Source: Octopus vulgaris
Taxonomy: Eukaryota
Length of the DNA stretch: 64,000 bases
Reading direction: 5' to 3'
Assembly (NCBI GenBank): GCA_951406725.2
Contig: OX597815.1
Span: 102,362,001 to 102,426,000 of the forward strand
In this document: piece by piece, positions 55,122 to 64,000 of the stretch
Layout: each line of letters starts with the position of its first letter
Numbering within the stretch: position 1 is the first letter of the stretch
Notes under the pieces: generated by a model
What the model was told of the DNA's origin: nothing
The model's database searches: none
What the model saw: the letters and a program-made list of their open reading frames with translations, nothing else
Position numbers and translations under genes: made by a program

Positions 55122-55402
55122 ACTCTCCCGTCGTTAGACGACATATGAGGGTTCGACAATTTCTTAACTAACATCCACACAAATACTTTTTTTATAGTGA
55201 TCAAATGTTTGTGTAGATATAAGCTCACCCAGATCGACATTAACTGTACAGATGCAACGGGTGCCACATGTCAGATGTCGAAATGATCGCAGAGCAACGT
55301 GAAATGAAGTGCTTTGCTCATGAACACAACGCAACACCCGATCTGGGAATCGAACCCATGATCTCGCAATCGTGAGTACGACACCTTAACCACTAAGCCA
55401 TG
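55122..55402 (-). mobile_element. CORE-like tRNA SINE
   Basis: Minus strand tggcttagtggttaagg...gggttcgattccc...gttgtgttcatgagcaaagcacttc. Confidence 0.85.
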
Positions 55403-56224
55403 CATCTGTGTAAGCCTGCATGTATGTGGGTTAGTGTGTGTGTGTGTATGTGTTTGCACGCACACTGTCCCATGCGTAATGTTAGCTTATTAAATTCTTA
55501 CTGTTTTTAAGTGGTTAATAAGTAAGGAAAAACATTTAGTGGCTAACTTTGCATAAAAACTAAATAGTAAGGCCAGGGCTAACATTGAATAGGAAGTTAA
55601 GAAATTTTAATTACTTAAAACTACTCCGACGGTGAGAAAAAATAATCATTTGCTTACGATCAGTTTTGGTTTAGGACGACATGGGCGGCAGATTAGAAAT
55701 TTTAAGGAATTAAAAATTAAATAAGAATCGAGAATGAGTAATGCAGTGAGAAATGAGCATAATTTAGACAGTAAGGTGACAACGCGGGACACGTTCCGAC
55801 CTTATTAGACTTCGTCCGTGAATCATATGCCGTGAAGGTGTCAATATTGTTAAGAGATACGAATTGTAGGCAAAAAGCAAGGAAAAATATACAAACAAAA
55901 AGAAATACAGAATGCTTAAGAGGCAGAATTTATGTATATCAATATCTAAATTCTTTTCCTTCTTTCTTTCTTTTTTCTTTCTTCCTTTCTTTCTTTTATT
56001 TCTTTTATTGCTCTTTTTAATAATTGAACATTTCAAAACCTTCCTAAAAGTTTTCCTTTCTCCTCCCTTTCCATTTCAAATGTTTAATACCGAAATGTTC
56101 GCGTCAATCAGATTTAATGCCAAACAAAAGCACTTTGGTTCTTTATGGATTTATTTACGTAAATACTTCCAGTAAAAGTAGGACGTTGAGAGAATGTGTG
56201 TGTGTATGTAAGAGCGAGAGAGCG

Positions 56225-56302
<78 letters not shown>

Positions 56303-56759
56303 AGCAGAGAAGGTCATTATAATTCTTTAAAAACAAGGAGTGACTTTTAGATATTCGAAGATATTCGGTTTACTTGAAGATTTTCTTGTGTTTTCCTTTG
56401 TTTATTTAAAGATAAAAGATTTCCAAAAACTTTAATAGCAATCAAAGAGATAACAAAGAAGACTACATAGTCGCTTGACCTTCGAGAAGAAAAAACAACT
56501 AAGTCCCTCACCCATGAAATCATACCTTACCATATAAAAGGACAAGAACACAGAAGATAGTGTAGTTCTAGATGCTTAATATCTGAATAAAATATGAATG
56601 GGCGTTGGCATGGTTGCATGGTTGAAATGGTCTCTTCGCAACTATTCTATCTCACACTTGATTGTGTAGCTTTACGAGCAAAAAAATGTCTCACATTGCA
56701 GCCAGCTTTGGGTTGATCACACCTAGTGAGGAGAAGTTGACAGACGTAAACTGTGCACG

Positions 56760-56794
56760 TCCATCCATCCATCCATCCATCCATCCATCCATCC

Positions 56795-56879
<85 letters not shown>

Positions 56880-56892
56880 CCTACCTACCTAC

Positions 56893-56958
<66 letters not shown>
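56760..56958. repeat. (CCAT)(CTAT)n tetranucleotide tract
   Basis: Read directly. Confidence 0.95.
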
Positions 56959-56959
<1 letters not shown>

Positions 56960-57002
56960 GGGAGACATTTGTCATATTTATATATACATATATATATATA
57001 TA

Positions 57003-57360
57003 CTCTCTTTACTCTTTCACTTGTTTCAGTCATTTGACTGCGGCCATGCTGGAGCACCGCTTTTAGTCGAGGACTTATTCTTTGTAAAACTAGTACTTAT
57101 TCTATCGGTCTCTTTTGCCGAACTGCTAAGTAACGGGGACGTAAACACACAAACACACACACATACACATATATATATATATATATATACATATACATAC
57201 ATACGACGGGCCCTTTCTGTTTCCGTCTACCAAATCCACTCACAAGGCTTTGGTCGGCCTGAGGCTATAGTAGAAGACACGTGCCCAAGGTGCCACGCAC
57301 TGGGACTGAACCCGGAACCATGTGGTTGGTAAGCAAGCTACTTACCACACAGCCACTCCT
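57003..57360 (-). mobile_element. SINE family A, full length
   Basis: Minus strand aggagtggctgtgtggtaagtagc...gggttcagtccc...gcggtgctccagcatggccgcagtcaaatgactgaaacaagtgaaagag. Confidence 0.92.
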
Positions 57361-58029
57361 GAGTGTGTGTGTGTGTATTAAAATAGCTCTTACATGATTA
57401 GTTCTCTTAGATACCGAGATTCATGTGGTTCGTAATATTAGCAAACCCATCAAATGTTTTGTCTGCTTCAGTACTAAATGTGAGAATGAGATTGTCAACG
57501 GCATTATCTGGTGAAGCAGCTACACGAAGGTAGGTGTTGAGCGCTTTAGGCTCTTGCTTAGATTTGGTTCTAGATCTTTGTTTTTTGATGAATCGGCAAG
57601 AGAACACTTTAACAAAAAATTATGCTCTAATATCATAGACGTCATATTAATTCTCATCGCAAATTTAATGAATATTGACTTGGGTTGTAACCGCCGATGT
57701 CCTCCGCACTGAGCTTAAACTCACCTTTACTAGAAACAACAGACTTTAGACCTACTGTCTTAGCAAGACACAAAAATCTGGATTCCAACTTAACATGAAA
57801 CACATTGCTTCTAGCATAAAAGAACTACCAGCTCTTTCGTTATCATATTTTTTTGAAATACACTGCCTTTGAATTAATTTTGAAAATAATGAAGTATTTA
57901 GCTAAACAACTTTGTCATTATTAATGTTTTTATTTTATCAACATAAATTACCATGAAATTTTGCCGAAAGTTTATAATTTAAATAATCTTTAATTAAGAA
58001 TTAATTTTAATGAAGAAGCTGCATCATAA

Positions 58030-61000
58030 GACCAAAGGCACTCTCAGGTAGGGCGGAATTAAAAAGTTTCGCAGGTACTACAACCTAGTCTTGTAAGTGG
58101 TCGTCCAGTGTTATCATCCTCAATAGGCTGGATCAATATAACATCCACTCAGTACCACAGTATAATTACTATGTCAGCACAGATACGACTATCAACACAG
58201 GCCACTCATAATGAAGCAAAATCCAGAAGTCTCTTTGATCCAGTGGCCCCACTAAAGAATGGATCCCCTACTCCTGTGAACAACCAGGATGATAAGGATA
58301 GAGAAGCTGAAGAAGCAAAGATCAGAAGTCTCTCTTTGCCAGTGGTCCTACAAAAGAATGGAGCCCTCACGCCATTGGACAACCAGAGGAGTGCTAGTGC
58401 TACCGCCAGAAAAGGAGGCAAGAACACGAGCACAAACAATAAAAATGAAGATGAGGAAAAGAAAAAGGAAAAGGAAAAGATGAAACAACTAAAACCAAAA
58501 CACCAAACCACCAAACGAAAAACAGAAAACACAAATATGGACACTCCAATGGAATCCGAAACCTTAGAGAAGAGAAGAAATTTGGAGTGAAGTCAAGGAC
58601 ATGCAAATTTTACCTGCAATGGCATGGGGTACAAACAGCTGGTTTGCTCACCCGAAACCCCGCTAAAACGACAGGGGTCTTAAAGAGAAATACTTCCCCA
58701 GGAAAGGCAGTAATCGTCTCTAAAGTAAATGTATACAAATGCAGTGCGCTCTTCAGATGTTATGTGCAAGGCAGCAGCTGAGCAAGAGTCTTTTTTGTGC
58801 ATGACGCAAAAGATTGTGCAGCAGTTGATCTGGCTACATCAACACAAACAAGGAACCTTGCCCACCACTGCGCAAAATCCCCACAATCAACAGACACGAG
58901 ATGGCCTCCCATAACGCCTGCACAGTCGTCACGCTAATATTTGTTCTAAATATTGGAGGCCTGTTGCATCACAACAACAAAAGCAATTTCTTTTCCTGAG
59001 AGACCTTGCTGCATGCATGCTATGTATAGCACTCGTGTAAACTTAGCTGATTGCAGAAGTACACGTACCAAAACATACCATACTGCCAACTGACAGAAGG
59101 AAAAGGAGCCATAGTGGAGTTGCTGTATACATCCGTGAAGACTTCACATCCCAGGTCTTACTGTCATACTCAAATTCAGTATGTGACACTCATTGTATAC
59201 ATAAGACAACACAATATAGGTAACTGCAATACATATTGCCCACAGGATGCTCCAAACCACATAGGCAAGTTTGAAGGTTGCCTCACAAAAATAAAAGAAA
59301 TCCTTATGAAACTGGAACATCACATGGGTAATTTCAACTTCCCCGATGTTAAATGGCCCGAAGGCCTCATGCTTTCAGGAATGACTCATTATAAACAAGC
59401 ACAAGTGGACTCCCTGCTCAACATCACCATTGCACTATTCATGGAGCAAGTTGTGCTCAGATCAATTTGGGGGAATAACATTTCGGATCTCTGCTTCACA
59501 AACAATATGGACATATGTGAAAGTGACGCTGACATTAGTTTCGGATCACGCTATAATAGAGCTGTTTATGTACTGATCAGAAGTAGCCAGAGACACACAG
59601 CCTAAAGGAAGCATCTAAAATCTCTCCAGTCTGAACTTCCACAAAGCAAACTGAAAATTGACAGGACTGGTCGAAATGTCTCTCCACACCAAACATTGGC
59701 ATGAAAATAGAATATTCATTTCTGTTATGCAAACCATATGCCAGAAATATGTCCCAGAGCACAAGGCTAACACAAAAAGGAAAAAGATTCCAAGGGGGAG
59801 GAAGTGATCCCCATGAGACGACGGACGAAGGTTGCAAATCGCTTCAAGCAACATTCCAACAGTGGTGAAAGGTCCTACCCCAAAACATCACTGATGGAGA
59901 TTAAAAAAAGCCTGCAACAATCCTATGTGAGGGAGAGAGCAGTAAAAGGAACCTGTGTTATAAAAAAAAAACATTAAGTTAAACCCAAGGCCTTCTTTCA
60001 TTATGCAAAAGAAACAGCCTCAGTACTTCACCTATAACCAGCGAGGCAGTTACGATGGATTACATCGACATTAGTGAAGAAGATATACTACTAGCTATAG
60101 ATGAGGTGGACGCAAACTCAACTGCTGGTCCTGATGGATTTCCAGCAATCCTTCTCAAATCGTGTAAGCGTGCCCATGCAAAACGACAACAAATTCCCTT
60201 ATAGAGCTTTCTTGCAAATAGCAAGCTGCCAAGCAAACTGATGGAGGGAATAATATGCCTAATCCATAAAGGAGGAAGCAGAACAGATGCCAAAAACTCT
60301 AGGCCTATCTCTCTGATTTCACACAACAGCAAAGTCATAAAACTGATAATCAGAGGGAAACTAATCGCATTCCTTGACGAAAACGATTTGCTGAGTGATA
60401 CCCAGCATGGCTTTCGACCAGGTAGGAGTTGCCTGATCCAGCTCTCACAGCACGATGACTGGGTGAGGCAGTTACTCAACAACTCGAATGTAGACGTAAT
60501 ATACCTTGACTTTGTAAATGCTTTTGATAAAGTGGATCATGGTATAATACGCCACAATCTGCGTGATCTCGACATAACTGGAAAGCTTGAAGAGTGGTTA
60601 CATGATTTTCTGAAAGATAGAAGACAGGCAGTAGTGGCCAATGGAGCCACCTCAGAGAAAACACAAATAGTGAGCGGTGTTCCACAGAGCACTGTCTTGG
60701 GACAACTGCTTTTCATAGTGCCCTTTCAGATATGCCCTCAAATGCCCCGATAGCCACCCTTGCTAGCTACGCAGACGATACGAAAGTCTCATAGAAAATA
60801 CATAACCCAAGCGAAGTTGCACACCTACAGCAGAAGTTGGACTCGATTTACAGATGGGCTGAGGGAGGACAATAATATGCAGTTTAATGTTGAAAAATTC
60901 CAAGCCCTGTGCTACCAGCGTCCAAAACTGAATATAAAACTTACAGGGTACACTGGTCCACAGGGCATTACAATCCCAAAGCCTAAAATCAGTGAGGGTC

Positions 61001-61706
61001 CTGGGTATCGACATGAGTGATGATTCCTCCTTCCAAGTGCACATTACAAGGATAGCGACAAAGTGCAGCCCACAGGCTGGATGGATCCCGAGAACGCTCA
61101 AAACCACAGAGAAGGAAACCATGATGGTTCTCTGGAGGACATTCGTCCTCACCCGCCTGGATTATTGCTCCCAGCTATGGTCACCCCACTGTGTAAAATT
61201 AACAGCGGACCTCCAAGCAATCTAACGAAGCTTCACAAAGAAGATCGTCAGCTCAGCTACTGGGATAGGCTGAAAGAGCTAAGACTTTACTCCCTGGAGC
61301 GAAGGCAGGAGAGATATGCAGTGATATACATCTGGAAGATCCTGGAAAGGATTGCGCCAAATTTTAGTATTGAAAGCTACACAAATGCTGGAACGGGTTG
61401 ACACTGCACAGTGCCAAAGATCCCGGCAATGCCATCGCGCTTCGTGACCAGTTACTGCAACAGCCTGGGTTTCCGAGGCCCACGGCTTTTTAATATTCTC
61501 CCAAAGAGCGTGAGGGACATTAGATGTTGGTGGTTTACTTTCGAGAGTCTTAGATGAACCTAACTCACGGTAGGAGGTGCGAATGAGAGTAGTGACATCA
61601 AACTCCCTTATTCACCAAATACCACATATTAGAGGAGGCACTCAATAATAACAGTGAAGCAAAACGGCGGTGCCTCAGCATTGCCCCAGCTTTGAGCTGA
61701 AACTGA
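58030..61706 (+). mobile_element. Near full-length CR1-group LINE pseudogene (ORF1-like region, APE, RT, 3' tail)
   Basis: APE: MGNFNFPDVKW, GNNISDLCFTN, SDH. RT: GPDGFPAILLKSC, IHKGGSRTDAKNSRPISL, QHGFRPGRSC, VIYLDFVNAFDKVDH, SGVPQSTVLG, YADDTK, RLDYCSQLWSP, LYSLERR. Multiple frameshifts. Confidence 0.93.
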
Positions 61707-61715
61707 TATATATAG

Positions 61716-61919
61716 AGTTAATCCAAACATGAAAACACAAAGAGAAAACACAACAACGCGAGGACGTGGAACAAGTATAGTATTATTGGACGCTCAGGAA
61801 AGAAGGAAAGAAGGAGGATTTAACGTTTCGAGCGGAGCTCTTCGTCAGAAACATAGGAAAAGGAAAGATCCAAAGAAGGGAAGATGGAGGAAAAAAAATT
61901 GCCAACGGTACACACGCGG

Positions 61920-61925
<6 letters not shown>
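61716..61925 (-). mobile_element. ~210-bp Penelope-pLTR-like repeat with a minimal hammerhead-like motif
   Basis: Copies at 37925-38133 and, inverted and degraded, at 62265-62425. Confidence 0.65.
61817..61855 (-). ncRNA. Minimal hammerhead-like motif (variant core)
   Basis: gttt-CTGACGA-a-gagc(tcc)gctc-GAAA-cgTT-aaat; extra A after the core and a palindromic aacgtt in place of a full stem III. Confidence 0.5.
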
Positions 61926-61970
<45 letters not shown>

Positions 61971-62044
61971 ATATATATATATATATATATATAACATCGT
62001 ATGTAAATAAACATAAGTTTGTTTCGAAGCGTTGAAATGTATAA

Positions 62045-62194
62045 TAGAAAAATACATTTTTCAACATGTAAATACTGACAGAGCAGTATGTATAGGATAA
62101 AATCCTTTAAGAGGAAATTTTTCTGCTCTTGACGTATTTTATCCTACATATGCTGTTCTGTCAGTATTTACTCGTTGAAAAATATATCTTTCTA
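62045..62194. repeat. Inverted repeat with ~60-bp arms and a ~32-bp spacer
   Basis: tttttcaacatgtaaatactgacagagcagtatgtataggataaaat vs attttatcctacatatgctgttctgtcagtatttactcgttgaaaaa. Confidence 0.85.
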
Positions 62195-62264
62195 CTTGTT
62201 CTCTCTCTCCCTCCCTCCCTCCCTCCCTCCCCTCTCTCGCTCTATCCCTCTCTATGTAACTATA

Positions 62265-62425
62265 CGTGGACTGTTGGCGATTTTTTCCTCCTTCCTTTTC
62301 TTTTGGACTTTTGTGTTGTTTCCGAGGAAAAGCTTTGCTTCAAACGTAAAGCAACCGCTGTTTCTTTCCTTCCTTGAGTGTCTTATTAATACTTTGCATG
62401 TACCACGTCCTTGCCTTGTTTTTTT
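62265..62425 (+). mobile_element. Degraded inverted copy of the 210-bp pLTR-like repeat
   Basis: ctgttggcgattttttcctcc...gtttccgaggaaaagctttgcttcaaacgtaa...tttccttccttgagtgtc...ccacgtccttgc. Confidence 0.6.
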
Positions 62426-62456
62426 AATTATATATACATACATACATACAACAACA

Positions 62457-62514
<58 letters not shown>

Positions 62515-63059
62515 TTATACATACCTATCCATATTTATATACACCTATAGATGTTCATATATATGCATGTGTGTGTGCCTGTGTGAGTATACGAATGTGT
62601 GTGTGAACGCACGCGTATATTTGTTGACATATTTTAGATGGATGAAATCACTTGGCAAAGGAAATAAAGGCTTCTGTCAGAAAGGGGAAACATGGGAAAA
62701 TGTACTAAAACAAAAGAATAAAATAGAAGTGTGTGTGTATATATATATATATATTATCGTTCATATAACATTTGTGTAGAAATGCTATGTGAACGATAAT
62801 TTGATAAAAAAGGGTTTTGTTTAATATCTAATTTCATATATACTTGTGTTGTCGGGGTGTGGGTGAAACGGATAAACGAAATACAATTTATGACAAAAAT
62901 TTCTAGTTTTATTTTCGTTAAAATATTAACATCTTTAGAGCAAAGCCTTCGAATGCTGTTCGCCCGCTTTAGCATCTGACGGCCACAAACTCCGTTAGTT
63001 GTTTTACTCTTCTTCCCTAGTGTGAACGATGGGACACATTGCGTTTTATATAAGATTAC

Positions 63060-63428
63060 TATTATTATTTTGGTTTGGTTCAGGTTCTGTCTTCATCCTG
63101 GCAGGATTTATGTGGGTAGCGGGTTACTACCTGTAACCTTAGGTATTACCTTAGGTACTACCTGTAACGCCCGGTCTATTATTTTCTAATTTCTTATCCG
63201 TTTGAATAGGAAAGTCCCACAAAATTTTGCATTCCTCTGACTCCAGTACTCTTTTGAGTCGATGATTGTACCATATGTTTCCAGCTTCAAATTTCCATTT
63301 CTGGCAGTTTCCATTGGAAAACTTTTACAACCTAGTCGTGTCTCCGTTTCTTATATTCTTCCTGTGCCAACTTGGAAGATTTCGTCACAATGTGTACCAC
63401 TGTCACGTTCCAAGTTCTACAAGCTCTA

Positions 63429-63430
<2 letters not shown>
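63060..63430 (-). mobile_element. Internally deleted R4/Dong-like fragment flanked by (TAA)n
   Basis: Minus strand: CRACRTWNVTVVHIVT..LAQEEYKKRRHD, VLESEECKILWDFPIQTDKKLENNRP, then a jump to 3' UTR-like sequence ending aataataa. Confidence 0.82.
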
Positions 63431-63507
<77 letters not shown>

Positions 63508-63517
63508 TGTGTGATGA

Positions 63518-63795
63518 AAGGCAGCGGGCTGGCAGAAACGTTTGCACGCCGGGCAAAATGTTTAGCGGCATTCCGTTCTTACGTTCTGAATTCAAATTCC
63601 GCCGAAGTCGACTTTACCCTTCATCCTTTCGGGGTCAATAAATTAAGTACCAGTCAAGTACCGGAGTCGATCTAATCGGCTGATCCTCTCCCCACAAAAT
63701 TTCAGATTATTTCGTGGTCGATAAAATAAGTACCAATTAAATATGGGGTCGATGTAATCGACTATATCCCTCCCCCAAATTCCAGTCCTTGTGAC
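63518..63795 (+). mobile_element. SINE family B with duplicated 3' part
   Basis: aggcagcgggctggcagaaacg...tcatcctttcggggtcaataaattaagtacc; second gtcgataaaataagtacc...ccccaaatt block. Confidence 0.85.
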
Positions 63796-63799
63796 TATG

Positions 63800-63958
63800 G
63801 TTGACTATTCGTGGATCAAAGGGACATGCAACGTCAACTATATAGCATATGTGGTGCACCTTGACCACCACTACTAGGTCCGGTCTGTTATGCTCTAGCA
63901 CCTGATCTGTGTGGATTGGGAATTTCCAGACGATTTTGCTAGTCTCCGATCCTGCCAT
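63800..63958 (-). pseudogene. RLE fragment of an R4/Dong-like LINE
   Basis: KIVWKFPIHTDQVLEHNRPDLVVV..CYIVDVACPFD. Confidence 0.85.
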
Positions 63959-64000
63959 TCTCTACGGTTAGTATTCAGTAGCTTTATTTTTATCACGTGC

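Overview
AT-rich, microsatellite-dense, non-genic eukaryotic DNA made almost entirely of transposable-element relics. The SINE and microsatellite make-up resembles an octopus/cephalopod genome (inference, not verified). I found no convincing host exon, and most ORF-track entries are translations of simple repeats. Recognisable contents: R4/Dong-clade RLE non-LTR retrotransposons (one with an intact C-terminal frame at 2-925) in (TAA)n or (ATAC)n tracts; a ~550-bp non-coding element present four times, always in (TAA)n; CR1-group LINEs; an RTE remnant; two full-length mariners with TIRs plus fragments; a hAT relic; Helitron/Helentron-type non-autonomous elements; and about 20 tRNA-derived SINEs. 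The most interesting signal is a set of short non-coding elements in (TA)n tracts that carry type-I hammerhead ribozyme motifs with Penelope/retrozyme-like direct and inverted repeats. These include a 496-bp terminally redundant unit (3194-3803) and a back-to-back double hammerhead palindrome (15064-15209). Coordinates were read by eye and boundaries of degraded elements are approximate.
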